Shown: positions 17,230 to 26,507 of the stretch, piece after piece
Layout of the letters: each line of letters begins with the position of its first letter
How positions within the stretch are numbered: position 1 is the stretch's first letter
Origin: a virus
Taxonomy: Duplodnaviria > Caudoviricetes
Strand: one strand, 5' to 3'
Virus record (IMG/VR): IMGVR_UViG_3300048839_001305
Coordinates: 1 to 62,994 of that record
DNA: 62,994 nucleotides
The notes under the pieces: generated by a model
What the model saw: only the letters and a program-made list of their open reading frames with translations
Databases searched by the model: none
Told to the model about the DNA's origin: nothing
Made by a program: the position numbers and the translations under genes

Positions 17230-18192
17230 GTGGCGCGCCAACACAGCAACGGCGACGCCGCGTTTCATGGGATGCAGGTGGCAACCGATGCGCCGGCCCG
17301 CCCGGCCCTTAGATATCACGGGAGCAAGCACCTGCTCATGCCGTGGACGCTGGCCCATCTGCCGGCCGACCACGACGTGTACGTATCCGGCTTCTCCGGG
17401 TCGTTTGCCGACATTTTGCGGAAGCCGAAGTCGCTCATCGAGGTGGCCAACGATCTGGACGAGGACGTGATGAACTATTTCCAGGTCTTGCGTTCGCGCA
17501 AGGCGGAGCTGGTCGAGCAGATCAAATACACTCCTTTCCACGTGGGGGAGTATCGCCGGGCGCAGGAACCGGCGATTGATCCCCTGGAGCGGGCGCGTCG
17601 TTTCTACGTCCGGTCGTACATGGCGATTGCCGGGCCGACGGCTCAATGGAACACCGGTTGGCGTCGCCAGAAGGTCTTCAGCCGCGGCCGGACGGGTCGG
17701 AAGATGATGGTTCCGGCGTCGGTAACGTTTTACAACCTGGCCCATTTCGACGCCATTGCCGAACGTCTTCAGGGCGTGACGTTCGAGATGATGCCCGCCC
17801 TCGATCTGGTCAAGCTTTACGACAACCCGCGGACACTTTTCTACCTCGACCCACCGTACCACCCCGACACGCGCTCCAAGTGGGCGACGAAGGCGTACCG
17901 GCACGAGATGACGGCCGCCGACCACGAAACGATGCTGGAACAGCTTAACCGTTGCGTCGGGATGGTGGCCCTGGCCGGCTACCGTTGCCCGCTGTACGAC
18001 GAGGCGTTGACCCGCTGGGCGCGCTATGACCGCCGCTCGCGGGTCAACAGCAACGGTCATCGTACTGAATCGCTGTGGCTCAACCCGGCGGCCGAGTGGT
18101 CGCTGCGCCATCGCGGGCTACCCCTGTTCCGGTCTCTTTTTGCCGCCGATGGTTGCGATCCGTTGCCATTGGGCACGGACGAGGAGGAGTGA
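17230..18192 (+). CDS. D12-class N6-adenine DNA methyltransferase
   Basis: LRYHGSK, EVANDLD, FYLDPPY, RTESLWLN. Confidence 0.93.
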   Translation: MARQHSNGDAAFHGMQVATDAPARPALRYHGSKHLLMPWTLAHLPADHDVYVSGFSGSFADILRKPKSLIEVANDLDEDVMNYFQVLRSRKAELVEQIKYTPFHVGEYRRAQEPAIDPLERARRFYVRSYMAIAGPTAQWNTGWRRQKVFSRGRTGRKMMVPASVTFYNLAHFDAIAERLQGVTFEMMPALDLVKLYDNPRTLFYLDPPYHPDTRSKWATKAYRHEMTAADHETMLEQLNRCVGMVALAGYRCPLYDEALTRWARYDRRSRVNSNGHRTESLWLNPAAEWSLRHRGLPLFRSLFAADGCDPLPLGTDEEE

Positions 18193-18545
18193 TGCACGCG
18201 CAAGCCCAGACAACCGCTACCCAACTATCGCTGTTCGCGGCCGTGGTCGAGCCGGAGTACGCCCGCGAGATGACCATCACGGAGCGCTTCGAGGCGTTCC
18301 ACGCCGCCAACCCCCACGTGGCCGCGCTTCTGGCGGATATGGCCCTGGCCCTGCGGCACGGCGGCCGTACCCACTACGGCATCAAGGCGCTGGTGGAGGT
18401 GCTGCGCTTTCAGTACGCCGTCCAGACGCGGGGGGATGCGTTCAAGATCAACAACGACTTCACCGCCCACTACGCCCGCCTGCTCATGCGTGAGCACCCG
18501 GAGCTGGAAGGGTTCTTCGAGACGCGGGAAATCCGCGCTTCGTGA
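18192..18545 (+). CDS. Conserved phage hypothetical protein
   Basis: FEAFHAANPHV...KINNDFTAHYAR...FFETR; N-terminal QLSLF. Confidence 0.75.
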   Translation: MHAQAQTTATQLSLFAAVVEPEYAREMTITERFEAFHAANPHVAALLADMALALRHGGRTHYGIKALVEVLRFQYAVQTRGDAFKINNDFTAHYARLLMREHPELEGFFETREIRAS

Positions 18546-18556
18546 CGGAGGTAGGT

Positions 18557-18829
18557 ATGAACTTCAAGGACTTAGCGGCCCACATCCCCTTAGTCAGGCC
18601 CCGCCCGGCGGCGACGGCGGCCGAGCAGGCCGAGTTGCGCCGGCGCATCCTGCGCGGTCAGTTGCGGGGCGACACGGCTGCGGCGGCGACCGTCGCCGGT
18701 GACTTGGTGGCCCGGTGTATGGCCCTGCGCGACCGGGATGAGGAGCTGGACGATGTGGCCCTGGTGGCCGCCGCGCGCGAGGCCCACGAGTTGCGCTGCA
18801 AGCTGGAAGGGCTGGAGGCCGCGCTGTGA
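18557..18829 (+). CDS. Hypothetical protein
   Basis: GGAGG SD. Confidence 0.6.
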   Translation: MNFKDLAAHIPLVRPRPAATAAEQAELRRRILRGQLRGDTAAAATVAGDLVARCMALRDRDEELDDVALVAAAREAHELRCKLEGLEAAL

Positions 18830-19488
18830 ATCCCGCCCAGTTCATTCAGCAGGACAGCGGCGAGTTTGAGTGGTACACGCCGCTGGACATCATCGAGGTC
18901 GTGCAAGCGGTTCTGTATCCGGGGATCGACCTCGACCCGGCCTCCTCGACCGTTGCCAACGCGGTAGTGAAGGCCAAGAAGTACTACACCTATGAGGATG
19001 ACGGATTGACCCTGCCGTGGGAGGGCCGGGTATGGCTCAACCCGCCGTTTTCCGAGGTGGCCCGCTTTGTTGACAAGCTGCTGCTGGAGTACGAGATCGG
19101 CCGCGTGACCGAGGCGTGCGTCATCACCTTCGCCTCGCTGGACACGGCCTGGGCGCGACGCCTGGCGGCCTTCCCGCGCTGGTATCCCAAAGGGCGCGTG
19201 AACTACAGCCCCCTGTGGGAGGAGCGCCGGACGCCCATCCAGGCCCTGCCGGGCATGGCCGACCAGGTCAACACCGGCGACCGCAACGACCGCAACCGCC
19301 CGTCCTCGCCACCCAAAGGATCGATGGTCACTTACATCGGCCCGAATGAGCGCGTGGCCCACTTTGCCCAAACCTTCACCAGTCGTCTGGGTGGGTGGGT
19401 GGACGTGCCCTGGGAGTGGCACAAGCGCCGCATGACCTCCGAGGGGCTGACGGCGGCCGTCACGGGAATGTGGGGGCTGGGTCGATGA
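18826..19488 (+). CDS. Phage N6-adenine DNA methyltransferase (phage Dam-like)
   Basis: EWYTP, DLDPAS, DDGL..W.GRVWLNPPFS. Confidence 0.9.
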   Translation: MNPAQFIQQDSGEFEWYTPLDIIEVVQAVLYPGIDLDPASSTVANAVVKAKKYYTYEDDGLTLPWEGRVWLNPPFSEVARFVDKLLLEYEIGRVTEACVITFASLDTAWARRLAAFPRWYPKGRVNYSPLWEERRTPIQALPGMADQVNTGDRNDRNRPSSPPKGSMVTYIGPNERVAHFAQTFTSRLGGWVDVPWEWHKRRMTSEGLTAAVTGMWGLGR

Positions 19489-19949
19489 GAACGTGGACGA
19501 CGGCCGACGGCGTGCGGCATTGGGCCGACGAAGGGTATCAGGCGGCGCTCATCCCGATGGCCGCCCACGGCAAGGCCCGGCCGCGGGTGACGGTCAAAGG
19601 CACTTACATGCCGCAGTCCTATACCGAGGCCCGCGAATCGCTGATGCAGTTCTTCGGTTCGGTGACGCTGCGCCTCCCCGTATCCGTCAAGGTGACGGTT
19701 GCCCGGCGCACCCCGTCGTCGTGGCCGAAGGCCAGGCGCGCGGCGGCCGTGTGGACGCCGTGCCCGGTCAAGCCCGACGCCGACAACATCGCCGGCTGGG
19801 TGCTGGACAGTTTGTTTGCCGAGGACTCGGCCGTCGTCTGGGTCGAGTGTCTGAAAGTCTGGGGGCCGCGCGATCTCCTCAAGGTTGAGGTCTGGGAGGT
19901 CTGCGCCGACGAGGCGGCCGTGGGGCCGCATGAGATGGCGTTTGAGTAG
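19485..19949 (+). CDS. rusA: RusA-family Holliday junction resolvase
   Basis: GKARPRV, KPDADNI...LDSL..EDSAV. Confidence 0.85.
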   Translation: MRTWTTADGVRHWADEGYQAALIPMAAHGKARPRVTVKGTYMPQSYTEARESLMQFFGSVTLRLPVSVKVTVARRTPSSWPKARRAAAVWTPCPVKPDADNIAGWVLDSLFAEDSAVVWVECLKVWGPRDLLKVEVWEVCADEAAVGPHEMAFE

Positions 19950-19970
19950 TAGGTAGTGTGGAGGATTGCC

Positions 19971-20357
19971 ATGTGCATCAGTTCGACGTTCCAAGCGCTC
20001 AATGACCTGGTGAAGCCGGGCGGCCGCATCGTCTACAACGGTACGACCAACCGCTACGAGCTGCACCCGGTCGAGCGGACGGTGGGGAAGGGCGTGTTCG
20101 CCGTTCTCTTTGACCGCGAGTGCATCGCCCGCGCACCGGGTGAGGCGGCCGTCTACGTCATCACCGACAAGGGGCGGGCGCAGTGGGAGCGCGCGCCGGA
20201 GGCTGTCAGCATCTCCGGGGTATGCGACAACTGCGACGTCAACACCCAGGTGCGCCCCAAGCGGCTGGGGCCGGAGTGCCTGTACCTGTGCGGCCGTTGC
20301 GTCGCGAAACTGGCGGAGGAAGTCAGTGGCCTCAAAGCGTCACCAGCGGCGGCGTAG
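19971..20357 (+). CDS. Hypothetical protein with C-terminal Zn finger
   Basis: GGAGG SD; CDNC and CGRC. Confidence 0.65.
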   Translation: MCISSTFQALNDLVKPGGRIVYNGTTNRYELHPVERTVGKGVFAVLFDRECIARAPGEAAVYVITDKGRAQWERAPEAVSISGVCDNCDVNTQVRPKRLGPECLYLCGRCVAKLAEEVSGLKASPAAA

Positions 20358-20547
20358 TTGCGAGGGCAAGGCCGCCCACGCCACCCGCGAGGGAGCCATT
20401 ATCGCCGTGGGCAAGCTCCGCAAGTCCCACTTCGGCGGGACGTGGGCGGCCTACCACTGCCGGTGGTGCGGCCGGTGGCACGTCGGGCGGCCGACGGCGC
20501 GACAGCGCCAGGCCACGCGCGACCGCCGGGCGGCGGCGGCCGAGTGA
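20326..20547 (+). CDS. Small basic Zn-finger protein
   Basis: SCEGK...AYHCRWCGRWHVG; GGAGG SD. Confidence 0.65.
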   Translation: MASKRHQRRRSCEGKAAHATREGAIIAVGKLRKSHFGGTWAAYHCRWCGRWHVGRPTARQRQATRDRRAAAAE

Positions 20548-20554
20548 GAGGAGT

Positions 20555-21004
20555 ATGACCGAATTACTGAGCATCAAGGAGGTCGCCGCCGCGGCCGGTC
20601 TGAGCCGGCAGGCGGTGGAGAAGGCCATCCGCGCCGGTCGCCTGACACCCTCGGCGCGGGAAGGCGCACGCTTGCGCTTCACGCAAGCCGACGTGGACGA
20701 GTGGCTGGCGCGGCGGTGCGCGGGAGCCGACCGCAAGCCGCGCCGCGCCCGGCCGCGCGCCACCCAGACCGACGCGCTCTACGCCTGCATCGTGGCCTAC
20801 AAGCGCGAGACGGGCGGCCGCTCGCCGACCCAGGCCGAGCTGGTCGCCCGGTCGGGACTGGGGTCGAAAACGGCTATCCAGCGCTGGTTGGAGCAGCTGG
20901 CGGAGGACGGCCGCGTCGTTCTGGATGACGGCGCGCGGAGCATCGGCATCCCCGGCGAGCGCTGGCTTGCGCCGGGGGAGTGTGTGGAGGGATGCAGTGG
21001 GTAA
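20555..21004 (+). CDS. Regulator: excisionase-type HTH fused to LexA-like DNA-binding domain
   Basis: LLSIKEVAAAAGLSRQAV..IRAGRL; IVAYKRETGGRSPTQAELV..GLGSKTAIQRWLEQL. Confidence 0.8.
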   Translation: MTELLSIKEVAAAAGLSRQAVEKAIRAGRLTPSAREGARLRFTQADVDEWLARRCAGADRKPRRARPRATQTDALYACIVAYKRETGGRSPTQAELVARSGLGSKTAIQRWLEQLAEDGRVVLDDGARSIGIPGERWLAPGECVEGCSG

Positions 21005-21251
21005 GAAACAGCAACACGCGGATCAGGAAATATTCATCGGCCCGCTGCCCAGGGGGGCCGCGCGGCAGGAAGTCCACGTCAACCCGCCCGGTGGGCGGCC
21101 GCCGTCCTCAACGCCCCACTACGCCGCGGGCACGGAACGGATGGGCGTCTTTGGCCTGCTGCTGCTGCTCATTGTGCTGGCGGTCTGCGCCTTTCTGGTC
21201 ATCTCCGCCTGCGGGATGGCCTCGGCGCTTACGGCCGGGTCGATCTGGTAG
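20997..21251 (+). CDS. Small membrane protein
   Basis: GGAGG SD; C-terminal TM segment. Confidence 0.55.
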   Translation: MGKKQQHADQEIFIGPLPRGAARQEVHVNPPGGRPPSSTPHYAAGTERMGVFGLLLLLIVLAVCAFLVISACGMASALTAGSIW

Positions 21252-21260
21252 GGAGGAGCC

Positions 21261-21938
21261 ATGCCCATCAATGTGACTGCGATCACGCACGATGAGGAGC
21301 AGGCGACCTGGGCGGCCCTGCTGACCGGCGCGAGCGAAGATGTTGACCAGTTGCGGCGGCAGGTGACGGCGCTAACCGAGACGCTGGCCAAGATGAAACG
21401 CTATGTCGTGCAGCTACACCGCGCCGCGGAAGAAGTAGATGACGGCCAATGCCAGTGCGCGACCTGCAAGGCGTCGCGGGCGCTAAGGAGGCTGTACGCC
21501 CTGCCGGGCTTGCCCGACGCCAGCCGGGCCGATCTGGACGCGCTCAGCGCCGCCCTGGACGTTCTGATTGAAGACGGCTTTGCCGCGTGGGACAGAGCGA
21601 ACGACATTGCCACGGCCCTCGGCCTGGACTGGCAAACGGCAACGCGACAGAGCATCCTCGACGCGATCAGGGAAAACCGCGACCGTGTGGCCGAACTGCA
21701 AGCGGCGGCCGAGGTACTGCCGCCTAGTGCGCCGGGCGACCGCCGCTTCCGGCCAATGGCGGAGCGACCGACGGAGAACGGCCAGGCGTGCGAGGTCATT
21801 CTTAACGCCAGTTACGTTCACAGCAACCACCCGGACGACGAGGACGCGCCGGGCTACTGGATCGGGGAGCGCCTGTCGGTCTACGACGATCTGGTTCTGG
21901 CGTGGCGTCCTAAGTCCCTGCCGGCGGTGGAGCCATGA
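21261..21938 (+). CDS. Coiled-coil protein with DUF551-like tail
   Basis: GGAGG SD; ends VLAWRPK like 4151-4543. Confidence 0.7.
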   Translation: MPINVTAITHDEEQATWAALLTGASEDVDQLRRQVTALTETLAKMKRYVVQLHRAAEEVDDGQCQCATCKASRALRRLYALPGLPDASRADLDALSAALDVLIEDGFAAWDRANDIATALGLDWQTATRQSILDAIRENRDRVAELQAAAEVLPPSAPGDRRFRPMAERPTENGQACEVILNASYVHSNHPDDEDAPGYWIGERLSVYDDLVLAWRPKSLPAVEP

Positions 21939-22300
21939 TCTTCGAGACCCTGAACGAGTCTAACGAGCGCGGCGAACTGCTGCTGGTCGAGCACGGCATG
22001 TGCCACTACCACGTGCGCCGCGACGGGCAGTTGACCATCCGGGAGATCATCGTCCAGCGCGACCACCAGGGACAGGGCGTCGGCCGCCTGCTGCTGAACC
22101 TGCTCAAGAAGAAAGCGCGGGCGGCCGGGGCGACGAGTCTCTTCGCCAAGTGCCCGGCGGAACTGCCGGCCAACGGCTGGTACGCGGCAATGGGCTTTGC
22201 GCTGGATGGTACGGAGACGACGCGCTCCGGGCGAACACTCAATCTGTGGCGGTTGCAGCTATCCGGGCCGGCGGCCGTCACGCCAACAACAGGAGAGTAA
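21935..22300 (+). CDS. GNAT acetyltransferase
   Basis: Acetyl-CoA motif HQGQGVGRLL; AKCP..LPANGWYAAMGF. Confidence 0.88.
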   Translation: MIFETLNESNERGELLLVEHGMCHYHVRRDGQLTIREIIVQRDHQGQGVGRLLLNLLKKKARAAGATSLFAKCPAELPANGWYAAMGFALDGTETTRSGRTLNLWRLQLSGPAAVTPTTGE

Positions 22301-22434
22301 TGATGTTTGGTGAAGCAAGTTTCTTGGTCGAGTTCTTTTTCTGCCTGGCCCCCGGCACGCTGGCCGTTCTGGCCGCGGGGGTGTGGGGCGCGCGGCGCGT
22401 CGCGAACGGCCGCCGGGCGGGCCGGGGCCGGTAG
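22300..22434 (+). CDS. Small membrane peptide
   Basis: TAATG coupling; AGGAG SD. Confidence 0.5.
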   Translation: MMFGEASFLVEFFFCLAPGTLAVLAAGVWGARRVANGRRAGRGR

Positions 22435-22472
22435 ACGGTCGCGACGAGAACGATAACGAACGGAGGATAACA

Positions 22473-22775
22473 GTGGAACCTTTGTCAGATGAACGAGCGG
22501 CCGAGTTGGAGCAGACGGATCGTGCGCAGTGGGCGGAGCAAGCGCCGTACATTGCCGACTTTTTCACCGCGCGCGAGTTGCGCCTCGTTCGCAACTGCGT
22601 CGAGTATCGAGACGGCGACCCGGCCGGCCTGCCGGGTCACAACCTGATGCTGCTGGTAGCGAAGCTGGCGACGAACGACGGCTGGACGCAGGGCGAGCGC
22701 CTGGACGAGCTGATCGAGATGGCCGAGCGCAATGAGGCTGAGCAAGCCGTCAGGGTAGAGGCACGCTATGGGTAG
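22473..22775 (+). CDS. Hypothetical protein
   Basis: GGAGG SD; DPAGLPGHNLMLLVAKL. Confidence 0.7.
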   Translation: MEPLSDERAAELEQTDRAQWAEQAPYIADFFTARELRLVRNCVEYRDGDPAGLPGHNLMLLVAKLATNDGWTQGERLDELIEMAERNEAEQAVRVEARYG

Positions 22776-23340
22776 TCAGACAGTCACCATCCGTCGTGCC
22801 GACGGAACCGAGATCGTGGTAGACGCCGAGGACGCGCTCATCACCGCCGGGCTGACGGCGGCCGACTACTACCTGATGCAGGCCGAGAATGAGGCGCTGC
22901 GCGGCCGGGTGGAGAAGCTGAAGGACGAGCTGGCCGAGTTGAAGCACCCGGCCGACGAGCCGGAGACAGGTGCGCCGCCGGACGAGCTGTGGCTCCAGTG
23001 GTACGGCGACGACGAGGACAACTACCTGTGGCCGGCCGACGCCGACCGGGCGGGCGTGACGTGGTGCCGCCACCGGGTCTGGCCCCTCGACGTGCGCTAC
23101 ATCCGGGCCGAGGCCGGCAAGATGACCGACCACCCCGACGACGCGAATGGTCGCGCTTTTCTGATCGACGGCGTGATGGGGCGCATCATGACCTTTCGGT
23201 CGCGCCTGGCTCAGCTGGAGTGGCTATGTGGTCAGGAGGATGTAACGGCCGAGAGACTGGAGGAAGCCGGGGCGCTGCTGCGCAGACAGATAACGGAGTT
23301 CGACAGTTTGGGTGACGCCTACCGGGCGGCGAGCGACTAG
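22768..23340 (+). CDS. Hypothetical protein
   Basis: Overlap coupling; APPDELWLQW..VTWC...DVRYIRA. Confidence 0.7.
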   Translation: MGSQTVTIRRADGTEIVVDAEDALITAGLTAADYYLMQAENEALRGRVEKLKDELAELKHPADEPETGAPPDELWLQWYGDDEDNYLWPADADRAGVTWCRHRVWPLDVRYIRAEAGKMTDHPDDANGRAFLIDGVMGRIMTFRSRLAQLEWLCGQEDVTAERLEEAGALLRRQITEFDSLGDAYRAASD

Positions 23341-23380
23341 ACGACCGCCCGCCCGACGGCCACGTAAGAGAGAGTGAACG

Positions 23381-23671
23381 ATGACCTACATCACCAGCCG
23401 CGGGCACGTCAGCGTGCCTGAAGACCTGTGGAGCGACATTCTGGCTTCGCTAGGCCGACTCGCTTCCGCGAACAAGTTTCTCATCGAGAGCGAGGGGCCG
23501 CGCTGCACGCCAGACGAGGCGATGCTTCTCTTGACGGTGCAGGCATTGGACGGCCAGACACTTCAGCGCGCCCGCGAGTTGGACGCCCGTCACCGCGAGG
23601 CTCTGTACGAAGCTGGGCGCTCGACCCGCGAGCAGATCGAGCGCGGTGGCGGCGGGCAGCCCTACAACTAG
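23381..23671 (+). CDS. Hypothetical protein
   Basis: ORF converging on the minus-strand pair. Confidence 0.55.
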   Translation: MTYITSRGHVSVPEDLWSDILASLGRLASANKFLIESEGPRCTPDEAMLLLTVQALDGQTLQRARELDARHREALYEAGRSTREQIERGGGGQPYN

Positions 23672-24303
23672 GTCGCGGCCGTCTCGCGCTCCAGCACGGC
23701 CAGCATATGCACCATCTTCAGCTCGCGCCCGGTCGGATAGGACTCGAACAGGCGCACGGTGTAGCCGCCCAGGGCGGCCGTGGCGTCCATGAGTTCGCGA
23801 CAGATGCGCGTCGGGTACTCGCGCCACACGGCGTGGTTGCCGTAGCGGGCAACGAACGGCTCCAGCCGCTCGGTCTGCCAGGCGGAGCCGCCCTGGGCCT
23901 TGAAGCGCAGGCCGTCATTGACCACCACCACCATCCGCGCCGCGAAGGGCCGGGTCGAGCCGAAGTAGGCGTCGAGGGTGTCCCAGGCCGAGCCGTAGGG
24001 ATCAACGTCCAGGTAGTTGAAGGTCAGGTGACGCCCGGCCCCGGCGGCCAGGGCCATCTCCACGTCGGCTTCGTAGACGCTCCACGTCGGCCGCTGCGCC
24101 GCCAGCAGCACCGCCTTGTCCGGGTCGGTCTCAAAGACCGCGCCGTCCTCCACGTGGGTGTACACCGAGGCGAAGACGTCACCCCGGCCGCCGTGGGTTT
24201 CGCAGATGATCGGCGTCTCGCCGAGGGCGGCCAGGGCCGTCTGGCGGAGCATCACCTTCTGGCTCAGGGTCAGGTTGTCCAGCTTGGGCGGTCTGTCGCT
24301 CAT
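23668..24303 (-). CDS. SAM-dependent methyltransferase-like protein
   Basis: ICETHGGRG motif-I-like loop; FNYLDVDPYGS; GAGGAG SD. Confidence 0.7.
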   Translation of the reverse strand: MSDRPPKLDNLTLSQKVMLRQTALAALGETPIICETHGGRGDVFASVYTHVEDGAVFETDPDKAVLLAAQRPTWSVYEADVEMALAAGAGRHLTFNYLDVDPYGSAWDTLDAYFGSTRPFAARMVVVVNDGLRFKAQGGSAWQTERLEPFVARYGNHAVWREYPTRICRELMDATAALGGYTVRLFESYPTGRELKMVHMLAVLERETAAT

Positions 24304-24306
24304 AGC

Positions 24307-25005
24307 TTACTCCTCTTCCCCGGCGGTCGCCGCGGACTTGGCCGCGGCCGTCTCGCCCTGCGTCCGAAGGTAGTGGGAGCAGATCGCCCCCAGGGCGGCG
24401 GCGCGGTTCTTCAGCCCGGTGGCCTTCAGCGCCCGCTCAACGGCGTCCAGGTCGTCGCCGATGGCAATCGTCACCTTGACCGAGGGGGCCAGGCGGAAGC
24501 CGTCATAGACGCCCTCACGGGCCGGTTTGGCCGACGGGTCGCCCAGGGCGCGCTTGGCGATCTCCACCTGGGCGTCGATCTGCCCGCGCAATCGCTCGCG
24601 CGCCGACTGCACCTTCTCGTTTTCGACCTTCATCTGTTCCAGCAGGGCGTTCAGGGCCAGGGCGTTGGTCTCGGCCCATCCCCCGATGGCGTCGTGGAAG
24701 GCCAGTTCCTCGTCGGCTTCCTCGTCGGTGAGGTCGAGGATGACGCAGGGCCAGAACAAATCCGGGTCGGTCGCCTTGCGCAGGTGGCCGTCGATGATGA
24801 CCAGTCGCCCGTCGGCGCGGGCCGAGGGGTAGACCTTCAGCACGTCGGTGATGCCAACCGTCTCCAGGCGGCCGTCGAGCGCCTCGCGTTGGTAGAGCGG
24901 GTGAATGCGCCAGTTGCCGTCATGGTCCAGCAGATCGCCGGCGCGGATGAGCCGCATCTCCACGACGCGGTTGCGAACGGTCTTGGGGTTGAGTCGTGTG
25001 TCCAT
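24307..25005 (-). CDS. ParB N-terminal domain protein
   Basis: NWRIHP..Q..AL..L..VG...IIDGHLR; AAGGGG SD before ATG 25005. Confidence 0.75.
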   Translation of the reverse strand: MDTRLNPKTVRNRVVEMRLIRAGDLLDHDGNWRIHPLYQREALDGRLETVGITDVLKVYPSARADGRLVIIDGHLRKATDPDLFWPCVILDLTDEEADEELAFHDAIGGWAETNALALNALLEQMKVENEKVQSARERLRGQIDAQVEIAKRALGDPSAKPAREGVYDGFRLAPSVKVTIAIGDDLDAVERALKATGLKNRAAALGAICSHYLRTQGETAAAKSAATAGEEE

Positions 25006-25012
25006 GCCCCTT

Positions 25013-25053
25013 ATTCTAGCATATTGCAACGAATCTCAACCATGTGCTACAAT
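25013..25053. promoter_or_regulatory. Overlapping divergent promoters containing the TCTCAAC box
   Basis: + strand TTGCAA-18-TACAAT (TG-extended); - strand TTGAGA-15-TAGAAT (TG-extended). Confidence 0.65.
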
Positions 25054-25119
25054 AACGGCTATTGTTGTCAAGTGCAGGCGGCATAGCGCGGATACACGTT
25101 CCGCCAGGGTGAGTGCATC

Positions 25120-25506
25120 GTGGATGAATCCCAACCAGACCGGGAAGCATCGACCGGCGCGTTACCTGACGCGACCGGGGATGGGCTGGGCGTGCTGGGC
25201 ACGCTCATGGAAATTGCCCACCGGCAGGGGGCGCAGGCCGAGCGCCAGGCGCAGGCCGAGCGCCAGATGACCGCCCAGGAGGCGCGTCTGGCGCAGCTGG
25301 AAGAGACGGCCGTGCGCCGCGTCGAGGCGTTGGGCCAGGAGAACGCCACCCTGCGCGAGACGCTGATGCTGGCCAACGGCGTTCTGGGGGAGATTCTGGC
25401 GGCGTGCCGGCGGCACGGCTGGTCGGAAGCGGCCGGCCCGGGCGCGCTGGAGTGGCTGGATCACGTCCTGGCCTACGGCGCGGCGGGATGGCCGTCGGTA
25501 AACTAG
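25120..25506 (+). CDS. Coiled-coil hypothetical protein
   Basis: ORF downstream of the promoter. Confidence 0.6.
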   Translation: MDESQPDREASTGALPDATGDGLGVLGTLMEIAHRQGAQAERQAQAERQMTAQEARLAQLEETAVRRVEALGQENATLRETLMLANGVLGEILAACRRHGWSEAAGPGALEWLDHVLAYGAAGWPSVN

Positions 25507-25508
25507 CA

Positions 25509-25952
25509 ATGCCGCCCCACACCACCCAAGCCAGTGTCAAATCGTGGAAGACCTGCCCGCGCTGCGGGCTGATGGTCTACAAGTCATCCCGCGCCGATCA
25601 CGACCGGCGCTGCCTGCTGGTTGCCGCCCACTACGGGTCGGCGGCCCGGATGGTGGCCCTGTTCCGGGACAGCGAGACGTTGACCGCCGCGGCCCTGGCC
25701 CGCCGCGCCGTGGGGGTGGGGATGCACTTCGTCACCGATCTGCTCGTGGCCGGCGGCGTGAGTTATGAGGAGATCGACGCCCGCGCCGCGGTCAAGACGC
25801 CGCGCGAGCCGCACCCCCACTGCCGTCGCTGCGAAGTGGCTCTCGACGCCCGTGGGGTACGGCCGTCACCGGATGACCCGACGCTGTGCGCCTGGTGCGC
25901 GGCTGAACTGGCGGTCGAGGACAGGGCAGGGAGGGCGACTTGCGCGCGATAG
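25509..25952 (+). CDS. Zn-finger protein
   Basis: CPRC..H..C, CRRC, CAWC. Confidence 0.65.
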   Translation: MPPHTTQASVKSWKTCPRCGLMVYKSSRADHDRRCLLVAAHYGSAARMVALFRDSETLTAAALARRAVGVGMHFVTDLLVAGGVSYEEIDARAAVKTPREPHPHCRRCEVALDARGVRPSPDDPTLCAWCAAELAVEDRAGRATCAR

Positions 25953-26276
25953 AACATTTATGCGATACTGCCGGTGCAGTTCCCTCCAGAGGGGCGGCCG
26001 TGTTCTTCCCTCACACCGGTTCACAGACAGACCGGCGGCCGCCCCTATCCTCCTTCACCCGTCGCCCACCGGCCGCGCCCGCCGACCACGCGCCCCGTGG
26101 GCACTCCGGTACTGGTTCGCATAGACAACGCATGAAACATATCCCACACTTTTATCTTCCTCAAGCACAATTCAACCTCACCGGCGGATCACCGGCGACA
26201 CCGGAGCGCACGGCCGCGACATCACGCTGCGCGGGGATGACATCGACCGCGCCGCCGGAGAGGGGAGAGTGACACG

Positions 26277-26495
26277 ATGAACGCCGCGCAGCGTGTATGT
26301 GTAATGGCCTGGGGCAGCGTCCTGGCCGCGCCCTGGGCGGCCGTGGCCACGGCCGTACTGGTGGGCACGCTGGCCGGTTTCTATCATCAGGGGCAGGTAG
26401 TGGTTGCCCGCCGCGAGGCGCTGGCGGCCGTGGAACGGGAGATGGCCCGGCGGCGCGCCAACGTGCGCGGGCCGTTCATCCGGCGGAACGAGTAG
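26277..26495 (+). CDS. Small membrane protein
   Basis: GGAG SD; hydrophobic N-terminal half. Confidence 0.5.
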   Translation: MNAAQRVCVMAWGSVLAAPWAAVATAVLVGTLAGFYHQGQVVVARREALAAVEREMARRRANVRGPFIRRNE

Positions 26496-26507
26496 GGGGT
26501 AGGGGAG

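Noticed and set aside
23428-25086. 552-aa + strand ORF
   Set aside because: Shadow of the two minus-strand genes, which have SD sites, motifs and a promoter
25951-25966. LexA/SOS box (GAAC-ATTT-ATGC)
   Set aside because: Right half-site has two mismatches to GTTC and there is no second instance
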